DNA of 63,030 nucleotides, filler included. It is 4 parts of 4 records of this genome, joined end to end, with 100 filler letters (N's around TTAATTAATTAA, not from the genome) between each part and the next. Parts side by side here need not be neighbours in the genome. Positions count along the whole stretch, not along the records: positions 1 to 10,486 come from SRR31156797_11459; 3 more parts are not named here. One strand, 5' to 3'. Positions within the stretch are counted from its first letter, which is position 1. Every line of letters starts with the position of its first letter. A program made the translations under genes and the position numbers. Positions 1 through 8,497 of the stretch are shown here, piece by piece. A model generated the notes under the pieces. The model was given only the letters and a program-made list of their open reading frames with translations, had not been told where the DNA came from and made no database searches.

Positions 1-41
1 CGGTTTCCACCTAAGCCACTATATAAGTTCAGTATCTTCAT
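1..41 (-). CDS. 5' fragment of a probable DNA cytosine-5 methyltransferase (truncated by window edge)
   Basis: Not in the ORF track. ATG at 41, 2 nt after the stop of the upstream MTase, reads MKILNLYSGLGGN(R), matching SAM-binding motif I at the N-terminus of phage-type C5 MTases. Confidence 0.6.
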   Translation of the reverse strand, partial: MKILNLYSGLGGN

Positions 42-43
42 GA

Positions 44-1840
44 CTAGGCAGTTTTTCTGTTATTTGCTTGCTGTTTCTCCGTCCATTGGTCAGCCATTGC
101 ATCAGCAATCCCCTGAAAGGTTTTACTGCGCACCCTACGTCTTTCTTCATCGCTTAAATCCCTTGCCTGATAGTACCAAAGCGGTTGCCGTCTCCAACGT
201 TTTTTCTTCTTATCGTACCAATGTTTGTATTCCAATTGGTCTTCATCAAGCATATCGGTTGGTTCAAGTAGTGGTAGGTTCTTTAACCACAAGCAAGTTG
301 ATTTCTTTGCATTATCGCCAAAATAGTATGGCTGAATGATTTGGTCAGGCTTACGGATGGCGGTACTGATAACACCAATGGGGTTTTCAATGGCAATTTT
401 ATCAATGGGAGCTTTCATTAATTTGCGGATAAAAGCCAATGCTTTCTTACGTTCCTTTTGACGTTCCGGGTCGTGCATCCAAGCATTGCCTGAAACAGTC
501 AAGTAGGTGCATGGTGGAAATGCTATCATCATATCCCATCCTTTATCCAATTGGTTCAATACATCACCCTGTATATGCCATTCGGGATGTTTGCCTGTGG
601 TTGGAAGAATATCACAGCTATAGGCTTCATGCCCCTGACTGCGGAGTGCCATTGTGACGGTCTGGCTTTCTTCACAAGCAACCAAAATGCGTAGCGGTCG
701 GTTTGCCATTGGGAGTTTGCCAAGTGATAACTGTTTTTGCTTTATCAGGATGGCTTTAGCACGAAGCTTAATAATCTTTACATCTTTAGTTTGAGGTTTT
801 GGGCTTCTACTGTTGCCTAAACCAACCCTGTCCCAAAGTTCTTCATGGGTATTGACAACGGTGCTGTGCAGTTTATTTTTAAGCGGAGCTGCTCCACCGG
901 GAACTGCTTTTGCTCCATCAATCAGAATCAATCGGGTATTGATTGAAGTTCCTTGTCTGGAGTAAAGCTTTTTACCGTTAATCGGGATAATATCTTCAAC
1001 GTTGTAAAAGTGATAGAGGTAATTCAGGAAAATGCGGTTAGTTCCTGCCGTAACCCGACCGTGTTCGTCCCAAGTGGTATGACCACCAATGATGATAGCT
1101 GCCTTACCGTCATCCTTCATGCAACGCAAAGCGTTTAATGCCATTGCATGTTCCAATCGCTTGATTTTGAATTTTCCGAAAAGTTCAGGTTGAGAAAGTG
1201 AACCGAAAGGTGGATTCGTAACTATACCGTCAAAAGTTCTGTCATAAGCTGCCGGAGGTTTTAAAGCATCCCAAGAGCTGACCTTTGCAAAAGGTTGTTC
1301 TTTCAGGTTGGCAAGCCTTACATCGTCCAACTCGTTAACATGCGTATAGTGATAAGGTAAAGCAATGGTTAAAAGTCCGTTCCCTGCCGATGGTTCTAAA
1401 TACTTTGGAAAATCGTTTTTGTCATTGGTAAGATGGGCATTGCCGACAATTTTACCTTTGGTGCTGCCTTTAACGATATTTTTAAAAGCCTTGTAGCCTG
1501 TTAAACTACCTGATTTTAAAATGTAACTCGATGCCAAAAATGAAATGGGTGCCGGAGTGGAATATTGCTGCATCAACACACTCATGCTTGTTCGCATGGA
1601 AAGGTTGACCTGTGATTGATACAGGGCTACAATATCAAGGTATTTTTCGTAAGTGGTAAGCGAACTGTCATGTGCTACCTCTCTTGCATTAAGGATTATT
1701 GCCAGTTCGGTAAATTCTTTAACCAAGTTTTTGTTGGTAATGCCGAAGCTTTTGGCAATGCTTTCAATAGTGGTTTTAGAGTGCTTACGTCCACCTTTTA
1801 AATCCTCACGAATCCTTGATATGTAGCCCTTTTTATGCAT
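44..1840 (-). CDS. Fused DNA methyltransferase: N-terminal N6-adenine MTase + C-terminal phage-type C5-cytosine MTase
   Basis: N part: QQYSTP, LEPSAGNG (motif I), VTNPPFG (motif IV). C part from Met378 (ATG at 709): RILVACEESQ, GHEAYSCDI, IAFPPCTYL (catalytic PC), IENP, RSKTFQGIADAMADQW. Confidence 0.85.
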   Translation of the reverse strand: MHKKGYISRIREDLKGGRKHSKTTIESIAKSFGITNKNLVKEFTELAIILNAREVAHDSSLTTYEKYLDIVALYQSQVNLSMRTSMSVLMQQYSTPAPISFLASSYILKSGSLTGYKAFKNIVKGSTKGKIVGNAHLTNDKNDFPKYLEPSAGNGLLTIALPYHYTHVNELDDVRLANLKEQPFAKVSSWDALKPPAAYDRTFDGIVTNPPFGSLSQPELFGKFKIKRLEHAMALNALRCMKDDGKAAIIIGGHTTWDEHGRVTAGTNRIFLNYLYHFYNVEDIIPINGKKLYSRQGTSINTRLILIDGAKAVPGGAAPLKNKLHSTVVNTHEELWDRVGLGNSRSPKPQTKDVKIIKLRAKAILIKQKQLSLGKLPMANRPLRILVACEESQTVTMALRSQGHEAYSCDILPTTGKHPEWHIQGDVLNQLDKGWDMMIAFPPCTYLTVSGNAWMHDPERQKERKKALAFIRKLMKAPIDKIAIENPIGVISTAIRKPDQIIQPYYFGDNAKKSTCLWLKNLPLLEPTDMLDEDQLEYKHWYDKKKKRWRRQPLWYYQARDLSDEERRRVRSKTFQGIADAMADQWTEKQQANNRKTA

Positions 1841-1852
1841 GAAAAACCAGAA

Positions 1853-2353
1853 CTACATGATTGTGTGAGCCAAATAGAAAAGACCTACGAATATCTCTGC
1901 TGCCATTGTCAGCTCCAAACACCAAATTCGCTTATCGGCAAAACCTGTTGCAATTAAAGCCGAGATAGCAATGATAATGGTGTATTCGATATTATCGAAA
2001 CTGAAATAATAGCTTAATCCAAGGAGCATAAAACCACCAATTGCTGATACATAGTGAGCAATGCGGATAAACAGGTTTCGCTTAAAGTCGGAAAATATAC
2101 CGACTAAAAAGATTCCGATACCACCACCGATAACCCACCAATCGGCAGATTCTTTAATGAAAAGACCTGCTATGATGATGGCCAGTCCACAAACCCACAT
2201 CACAATCTCAAATACAAGCTTGTAGGGTTTGCGTAAAAAGTAATTACTATCAGAAATTGATTTGCGTATGCCATGAACCGCTATGATTGAGGTAAGATAA
2301 ACTACCAATGCTATAAATGCTGTAAAAAGGCTTGCTATTACTAATGCTTTCAT
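1853..2353 (-). CDS. Multi-pass membrane protein of unknown function
   Basis: 166 aa with about 5-6 hydrophobic segments; SISDSNY motif near the N-terminus. Confidence 0.7.
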   Translation of the reverse strand: MKALVIASLFTAFIALVVYLTSIIAVHGIRKSISDSNYFLRKPYKLVFEIVMWVCGLAIIIAGLFIKESADWWVIGGGIGIFLVGIFSDFKRNLFIRIAHYVSAIGGFMLLGLSYYFSFDNIEYTIIIAISALIATGFADKRIWCLELTMAAEIFVGLFYLAHTIM

Positions 2354-2355
2354 AA

Positions 2356-4857
2356 TTATTGAAGTGTAATGGTTTTGTCTGTTTCGTCTTTGAAAGTGAG
2401 CTTCAGGTTGTTCCCTGCAACATCTACTGAAAGGCTATCTACATCGGCATCCACGAAGTTTTTCATAAAGTTGATTTGGAAATTCAGTATCTCAGCCAGC
2501 TTTGCTTCCCAATCTTCTCCTGAGAATAAGCCTGAATCAGCATACACCTGTAAGAACTTCTTTAGGAAATCAGGAATATTCTGTAAGTTGACATCCCAAT
2601 CTGCTCCAACGGTGGCATTTTCTTCAATGCCCGAAAGCTTGTCTGCATCTGCCTGTGGGTAACTGCGTTTAGCATTATTGGCTTCAATAGCTGCTGCCTG
2701 TTCTACTGATATGGTTGTCGGTTTATTTTGAATATTGGTATTCCAATCTGCTCCAACAGTAGCTCCTTCTTCAATTCCTCCAAGCTTGGTTTCGTCCGCT
2801 TCGGGATAAGAGCGTTTTGCCGTGTTCGCTTCGATAGATGTAGATTGTTCCTCTGTTATGGTAGTAGGCTTATTCGCAATATTCGTCTCCCAGTCCGCCC
2901 CGGCTGAAGCGTTTTCTTCGATACCCGAAAGTTTATCCTGGTCAGCTTGTGGGTAGCTTCGTTTTTGGGCATTGGTTTCGATGGCTGCTGCCTGTTCTGC
3001 CGAGATGGTAACAGGTTTATTCTTAATATTGGTTTCCCAATCACCTCCAACAGTAGCCCCTTCTTCAATTCCTCCAAGTTTGGTTTCATCCGCTTCGGGA
3101 TATGAACGTTTTGCCATGTTCGCTTCAATAGCCGTAGCCTGTTCCTCTGAAATAGTGGTTGGCTTATTGGCAATATTTGTCTCCCAATCCGCACCAACAG
3201 TAGCGTTTTCTTCAATACCCGATAGCTTGTCTTCATCAACTTGAGGATAGCTACGTTTCTGCGTATTAGCTTCAATAGCCTCTGCTTGTTCAGGAGAAAT
3301 TGTAACTGGTTTGTTCTGTACGTTTTGTTCCCAATCAGCCCCAACAGTTGCATTTTCCTCAATGTCCGATAGTTTGTCTTCATCGGCTTGCGGATAACTT
3401 CGTTTTTCGGTATTTGCTTCAATAGCTTCTGCCTGTTCCTGAGAGATTGTTACGGGTTTGTTCTGCACATTGCTTTCCCAATCTGCTCCAACAGTAGCGT
3501 AAGCTTCAATCCCGGCAAGTTTATCTTCATCAGCTTGTGGATAGCTGCGTTTATTGTTATTGGATTCAATATCGGCTGCTTGTTGTGGGGAAATCGTTAC
3601 AGGTTTATTCTGCACATTTTGCTCCCAGTCAGCACCAACAGTTGCATTCGCCTCAATTCCAGAAAGCTTTTCTTCATCGGTTAGAGGATAGCTTCGTTTT
3701 TGGATATTCGCCTCAATTGCTTCTGCCTGTTCCTGGCTAATCGTTACAGGTTTGTTCTGTAAGTTGCTATTCCAATCAGCCCCAGCAGTTGCATTTTCTT
3801 CAATCCCTGCCAACTTCTCTGCATCAGCTTGCGGATAGCTACTTTTTTTGTTGTTGTTTTCAATGGCAGTAGCCTGTTCAGGAGAAATGGTGTTGGGTTT
3901 GTTTTCCAATTCCTCAAAATTGGAGGTCAGGTTCATATCATTCTCCAATTGAGATAGTTTTGTTGGAATGGCGATATTTAGATTACCATCAGGGTCGGTA
4001 ACAAAACCACCATGTACCTCAATACCCCCGTTAGGCATGTACACAGGACTTTTCTCTGATATGAGCAAATCTTCAACATTCCCGGCGATTATCAGACCTC
4101 CTGAAATTTGCTGAACAATGGTTTTTGGTCTAAAGTCCGGAGCTGATTTTGAACGAGCAATATTAATGAAAGAACCAACCGAAGCCCTATCCAGAATAGT
4201 GTCCTGAACATCACGGTTCATCTTGAAATAAGTATCAGAAAATACAATCTTGTTATAACCACGGTCAAACACACATGATTGATTGACTTTAGCCTCAAAA
4301 CAGCAATCATCTATGTTGGTCGTGCTGTTCAGAAATGCCAATGCACCACTTCCTTCATCGCTGAACTCAAACCGAATATCCCTAAAATTGATAGCACTAT
4401 TGTAAATCTCAATGGCCTTGTCACTCTGAAAAACAACAGGCTTCACGTAAGTACCGACTGTTCCATCTGCCTTATTGCTTAATGAACAGATGTTGATTTG
4501 ATAGGAAAAATCACGAAGTACCAGGAATGTTCCTAAATCGTTAATGAAAGTGCCATCCTCGAACATGATGCTGATACTTGCATTCTCGTTGGTGTGGTAT
4601 TTCAATGCCTTGGGCAATGAGTCAAATAAAAGCTGGAGCTTTGAAAACGGTGTTCCAGTTGGAATGATAATTGCCTTTTGGTCAAGGTCGTATTCAAATC
4701 CTGCAATCTGCTGGTCCTTACTCATATCAAACACGCCCTGAAATACCTTGTATTGTTCGTGTTCCATACCTAAATAGGCATACTGACCATCAGAAGCCCA
4801 TTCGCCCTTTTTTAGTAACGGTGGGGTTGTTCCCCTAAACATCTTGATTGTTCCCAT
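2356..4857 (-). CDS. Putative virion fibre/spike protein with beta-helix-like region and nine 49-aa repeats
   Basis: N-terminal FRGT..LLKKGEW cap typical of phage fibres; beta-rich I/F/N-periodic middle; IPTKLSQLEND and KLxGIEENA..ADW..NKP segments resembling phage fibre repeats. Confidence 0.65.
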   Translation of the reverse strand: MGTIKMFRGTTPPLLKKGEWASDGQYAYLGMEHEQYKVFQGVFDMSKDQQIAGFEYDLDQKAIIIPTGTPFSKLQLLFDSLPKALKYHTNENASISIMFEDGTFINDLGTFLVLRDFSYQINICSLSNKADGTVGTYVKPVVFQSDKAIEIYNSAINFRDIRFEFSDEGSGALAFLNSTTNIDDCCFEAKVNQSCVFDRGYNKIVFSDTYFKMNRDVQDTILDRASVGSFINIARSKSAPDFRPKTIVQQISGGLIIAGNVEDLLISEKSPVYMPNGGIEVHGGFVTDPDGNLNIAIPTKLSQLENDMNLTSNFEELENKPNTISPEQATAIENNNKKSSYPQADAEKLAGIEENATAGADWNSNLQNKPVTISQEQAEAIEANIQKRSYPLTDEEKLSGIEANATVGADWEQNVQNKPVTISPQQAADIESNNNKRSYPQADEDKLAGIEAYATVGADWESNVQNKPVTISQEQAEAIEANTEKRSYPQADEDKLSDIEENATVGADWEQNVQNKPVTISPEQAEAIEANTQKRSYPQVDEDKLSGIEENATVGADWETNIANKPTTISEEQATAIEANMAKRSYPEADETKLGGIEEGATVGGDWETNIKNKPVTISAEQAAAIETNAQKRSYPQADQDKLSGIEENASAGADWETNIANKPTTITEEQSTSIEANTAKRSYPEADETKLGGIEEGATVGADWNTNIQNKPTTISVEQAAAIEANNAKRSYPQADADKLSGIEENATVGADWDVNLQNIPDFLKKFLQVYADSGLFSGEDWEAKLAEILNFQINFMKNFVDADVDSLSVDVAGNNLKLTFKDETDKTITLQ
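2581..3903 (-). repeat. Nine tandem 147-bp (49-aa) coding repeats
   Basis: Unit consensus NKPVTISxEQAxAIEANxxKRSYPQADEDKLSGIEENATVGADWExNxQ; 9 x 147 = 1323 bp fits 2581-3903 exactly. Confidence 0.95.
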
Positions 4858-4878
4858 ATTATGAAGTCTTTTAAATTT

Positions 4879-5490
4879 CTAAATCATTAAATAAGCCCTG
4901 TCGAACAGTTCATTACTGACGTAATTGCCACCATTCTCAACCTTGGCTATTGAAAGCACCAAAAGCCGAAGCGTATTCTTAGTTGGTAGTAGCTTCGCTG
5001 TTTTACTCACCTTTAAATCCTTGCAAACTGTATTGATGTATGCTGCCGTATTGTTCTCAAACTTGGGCGCATATTCCTCGATAAGAGCCGGAACTGTGTT
5101 CTTGCCTTTCTCAATGTCATGCTTGAGGTCTTTAATCATAGCACGAACTCCAAATACAGGAGCTTTAAACATTTCAAAACGTCTGTCTTTGTTCTGCTCT
5201 TTGGGCAGTTTACCATTCCATTTGATGTTGGTGTAAATCAGGTTTCCCGGATTGTTGTTGCGGATGCCCCTAGGTGCATTGGATAGATAAGTATTGCCAC
5301 CATTCCAATTTTGAAAATCCGAAGGCAACTCATTGTTGTTCGTAGTTAAGATGTTTGAACCACGATGGGGCAATAGCCCTTGCTGTTTTTTCTTATTGCG
5401 TCTGCGAATAAGTAAAACGGTGGTAACTATCGCCCCTGTGGTTACTAACCCTCCCGAAATAAATAATATCTTCTTTTGTTTCTTGTCCAT
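4879..5490 (-). CDS. Membrane-anchored lysozyme-like virion protein (RNNNPGN family)
   Basis: N-terminal hydrophobic anchor + RRRNKKK, then PRGIRNNNPGNL ... FGVRAM ... EYAPKFENNTAAY ... KVENG. Confidence 0.75.
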   Translation of the reverse strand: MDKKQKKILFISGGLVTTGAIVTTVLLIRRRNKKKQQGLLPHRGSNILTTNNNELPSDFQNWNGGNTYLSNAPRGIRNNNPGNLIYTNIKWNGKLPKEQNKDRRFEMFKAPVFGVRAMIKDLKHDIEKGKNTVPALIEEYAPKFENNTAAYINTVCKDLKVSKTAKLLPTKNTLRLLVLSIAKVENGGNYVSNELFDRAYLMI

Positions 5491-5505
5491 AGCTGTAATC
5501 GTGTT

Positions 5506-5982
5506 TTAGAGAGGGATTCCCCAACTGTCGAACTTGGGTTTTATTTTGGCAATCTCTTTATCGCTTAACTCAAAGCGCAGCCAACCAATCAAATTGTAGT
5601 CCTGACCAAGAAATGCAGCACGAGTTCCCCATAAGTACATCTTCATACCGAAAGCTTTTATCACCAGAAGCATATCATCTTTGGTCTGTAGCTTATCTAT
5701 TGTGCTGTAAATCGTTTTTTCGTCTGTGCCGAAATCAAGCATTGCACCGTACAATGTATTAGCATACAAGGCAGCATCAGACGGAGAAATGGTCAAATTT
5801 TCCTTTTGGAGAACCATATCGCTCAATGCAGGAGCAACCCTTGATGAAGTGCCATCAGGATTGCGCTTGAACAATAGTTTTTTAACGGCATAAATACCTA
5901 TACCTACGCCTAAGATGGGTAAGCCGTATTTAATTCCATTAGCGACTAATGTTGCCTTATTTACTGATGGTAACTTTTGCAC
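5506..5982 (-). CDS. Membrane-anchored protein with an annexin-like repeat
   Basis: TM segment YGLPILGVGIGIYAV + KK, then DAALYANTLYGAMLDFGTDEKTIY ... NLIGWLRFELS, matching annexin consensus DA..L..AM.G.GTDE..I ... L...L..ELS. Confidence 0.7.
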   Translation of the reverse strand: MQKLPSVNKATLVANGIKYGLPILGVGIGIYAVKKLLFKRNPDGTSSRVAPALSDMVLQKENLTISPSDAALYANTLYGAMLDFGTDEKTIYSTIDKLQTKDDMLLVIKAFGMKMYLWGTRAAFLGQDYNLIGWLRFELSDKEIAKIKPKFDSWGIPL

Positions 5983-5994
5983 GGTACTTGAATT

Positions 5995-6171
5995 TTAGAT
6001 GTATCTCAATGCGGTCTTTACAATCTTTGGATTCTTGGCTACTTTGGAGAGCAGCTTTATAATATCCTCCTGTTCAACCTTGTTTACCGCATTTTGTATC
6101 AGGTTTCCAACTTGCTGAACTGTTTCAGGTGTTTCTGCTTCAATGGTAATTCCTACTTTAAACTTTCTCAT
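5995..6171 (-). CDS. Small 58-aa protein missed by the ORF track
   Basis: ATG at 6171, TAA at 5995-5997; MRKFKVGITIEAETPETVQQVGNLIQNAVNKVEQEDIIKLLSKVAKNPKIVKTALRYI; fills the gap between two co-oriented genes. Confidence 0.75.
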   Translation of the reverse strand: MRKFKVGITIEAETPETVQQVGNLIQNAVNKVEQEDIIKLLSKVAKNPKIVKTALRYI

Positions 6172-6182
6172 AATCGTATGTT

Positions 6183-7298
6183 TTAATCGTTATCTAAATC
6201 TTGATTGTCTAAATCAGTATTACCCGGTTCTTCAATGCCGTTCATAGCTTGATTCAGGAACATGAGGGTTTTATTGATGAGTTCTGCTTTATCCAAGCAT
6301 AATCCAACAATGTTGGCAATCTTGGCTACGTCTTGCAGCTCCCATGTAATAAGTGCATCAGAAAGGTTCTTGATAATCTCAGCTTTCTTCTTGTCTTCTG
6401 GAGAACTTGGAGCACCCATGTCGGTAATCTCAACATTGGTTTCTGGTATGTGAGTGGCTTCTTCAGAATTGTCTTCAATCATTCCTAAAGCACCTTTCAA
6501 CTCATCTGCTGTAAGTCCTAATAACTCTGCTGTTTTCGGACTATTGGTAAGTATGCGTGAACCGATGCCTACCAATGCACCTGTGGCTACTCGCTTCATT
6601 ACTTCATTGGGAGCATACCCGGCAAGACGATTTTCAAGGTCTGTTTTCTCTGATTTTAATTCCCTGTTTTCACTTTGGTAGCGGTCTTTCTCAGCTCGTA
6701 GTTCCGCATTTTCGTTGCGTAGTCGCTCAAACTTCTCTTCCAAAGTATTGTAGCGTGTCTCGAACTTAAAATCATCCAACTGCTTTTGGTAGCTGATTCG
6801 TTCAACCTCTTTGTTATTGCCAGATAAGGCATTGAACACGCCAAACAAACCTTCCAATTTGTTTTTTGCCTGTTCGTTTTCACCTGAGAACAATCCCAAT
6901 AGCGTATCCAATTCTCCTAAACCATTGGTATTATTCTGAATCTGCTGCTGTTTAACTTCTTGTTGAATAATAGTTTGAAGTTCTGCTCTCTCAATAGGTT
7001 CTTTTGGTGGATTGAGAAGTTTGCTCACATTGATGGTATAGCTGTTCAGGCTTCTTGCATTGGGACTTTTACCTCCAAACACATCAACTCTAAGTGTACC
7101 ATGTGATTGTTTTGCTTTCTCAATAGCACTTTCAATATCACGGTTGAACTTTTCAGTTCCGGCAGTTCTCGAAGTGAGTGCCGTCTCATCAACTCCTGTT
7201 ACCAAGTATATTTCGTATGCGTAAGGGTACTTTTGTTCATCCTCAGAACGCTTTATAAACTCGTATATGCTTTGTATTTGCTCTCTGTAATCTAGCAT
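6183..7298 (-). CDS. Coiled-coil hypothetical protein
   Basis: 371 aa; central heptad region LEEKFERLRNENAELRAEKDRYQSENRELKSEKTDLENRL; Gly-rich hydrophobic stretch VATGALVGIG. Confidence 0.7.
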   Translation of the reverse strand: MLDYREQIQSIYEFIKRSEDEQKYPYAYEIYLVTGVDETALTSRTAGTEKFNRDIESAIEKAKQSHGTLRVDVFGGKSPNARSLNSYTINVSKLLNPPKEPIERAELQTIIQQEVKQQQIQNNTNGLGELDTLLGLFSGENEQAKNKLEGLFGVFNALSGNNKEVERISYQKQLDDFKFETRYNTLEEKFERLRNENAELRAEKDRYQSENRELKSEKTDLENRLAGYAPNEVMKRVATGALVGIGSRILTNSPKTAELLGLTADELKGALGMIEDNSEEATHIPETNVEITDMGAPSSPEDKKKAEIIKNLSDALITWELQDVAKIANIVGLCLDKAELINKTLMFLNQAMNGIEEPGNTDLDNQDLDND

Positions 7299-7305
7299 GG
7301 CTGTA

Positions 7306-7656
7306 TTAATTTCGGTGGGGAATAATTTTCACAAACTCCAATCGGTAAGGCTTGAAGCTTTCCGCTTGGGTAAGGATGTCTATGTAATCGGTGAATACCT
7401 GGTAGCGGTACTCATCCATAAATTCGTATTCTTCAGGCGTGGCGGTAAACACGTTATCGCTACTAATCATTTCCAATTCATCAATGGAACCGGGAAGACC
7501 TTTGGTATTCAGAATCCACATGTCGTTTTTCAGGTCCAGGGACATATCAGGACTTGTAACTCGAATCACAGTCGGTTTCAACTGGTAACTGTCAATGGTT
7601 CGTAGCCCTGCAATGCGGTCTTTGGCGATGGTATGTAATAACTCACTCGTGTTCAT
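7306..7656 (-). CDS. Small beta-rich hypothetical protein (possible minor structural protein)
   Basis: 116 aa, overlaps the upstream gene by 14 nt; alternating hydrophobic strands ending YRLEFVKIIP. Confidence 0.65.
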   Translation of the reverse strand: MNTSELLHTIAKDRIAGLRTIDSYQLKPTVIRVTSPDMSLDLKNDMWILNTKGLPGSIDELEMISSDNVFTATPEEYEFMDEYRYQVFTDYIDILTQAESFKPYRLEFVKIIPHRN

Positions 7657-8479
7657 TGGTTACTTCCTCCGAATTAATGTTCGACAATTGCAGTTCTTTT
7701 TTTGATGGAGCTTCGTACTCGATGTAAATCCTGATGGTCAGGATATTTTCCTCGCTGTTCTTGTTGCTCTTGAATACTGTGTAGATGTTGCTGTTAACCT
7801 CCAAAGGCTCATGGAAAGGGATAATCTCTTTGCTGAGATACTTGATGTTTCTGTTTGCAGTAACCATGTAGTCACGAAGCAAGAAGCTATTGCCATTTAC
7901 TAAAAGACTAATATTGCCACACTCGTATGGTTCCGGCTGCTTGTATGCCTTGATGGTTCTTTTGAACAGTTCATCCTTGTGCTGATAGGTAAACACCAAT
8001 GTTTGTTGGGAGATAAAATCAGAGAACTCAAGGTTGGTCATTCCCTGACCTCTAACAAACAGATTGGATTCGTCATAAACGAAATCAACGAACTGCTCAT
8101 TGAATACATGAGCAATATGGTCGCTCAATTCCTGTTGCTCATCTTTATCCAGGCAGGAATAAACGATACCATTGGTCAGTACCCTGATAATTTCAGGCAA
8201 AATGTCGCTTTCAAAGAATGTACGACTATCATGCTCATCTGCTCGTGTGCGTAAATAGGAGTAGAACAAGTCCGTAATCTGCTCATCGTTTAAAAGGTCA
8301 GTAATCAATTCTTGTGGGAAAGCAAGGCTCTCCACTACATCAATCAACTCTGTTTGCTTTTTAACGGTGGCGATAACAGCAAGACCAGTTATCAACTTGC
8401 AGGAAGCAGGGAGCAAATCTTGTGCGTTGATGTGGCTATTGTCCTCGGACTTATGCGTAATAACAAAATATCGTTTCAT
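7643..8479 (-). CDS. Hypothetical protein; beta-sandwich similar to the 8498-8884 protein with a ~150-aa helical insertion
   Basis: 278 aa; N- and C-terminal strands align by eye to the neighbouring 128-aa protein. Confidence 0.6.
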   Translation of the reverse strand: MKRYFVITHKSEDNSHINAQDLLPASCKLITGLAVIATVKKQTELIDVVESLAFPQELITDLLNDEQITDLFYSYLRTRADEHDSRTFFESDILPEIIRVLTNGIVYSCLDKDEQQELSDHIAHVFNEQFVDFVYDESNLFVRGQGMTNLEFSDFISQQTLVFTYQHKDELFKRTIKAYKQPEPYECGNISLLVNGNSFLLRDYMVTANRNIKYLSKEIIPFHEPLEVNSNIYTVFKSNKNSEENILTIRIYIEYEAPSKKELQLSNINSEEVTNEHE

Positions 8480-8497
8480 ATCGGGAGTATTGGGGGA

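Noticed and set aside
44-1840. Restriction-modification system
   Set aside because: No endonuclease or specificity subunit is visible; the MTases sit in a virion-like operon and look like orphan, anti-restriction enzymes
2856-3422. 188-aa alternative-frame ORF (and antisense ORFs) inside the fibre gene
   Set aside because: Explained by the 147-bp repeat periodicity propagating a stop-free frame; no independent start signals or recognisable motifs
2581-3903. Possible CRISPR array or DGR template/variable repeats
   Set aside because: The repeats are contiguous, in frame and protein-coding with largely synonymous or conservative variation; no spacers and no reverse transcriptase
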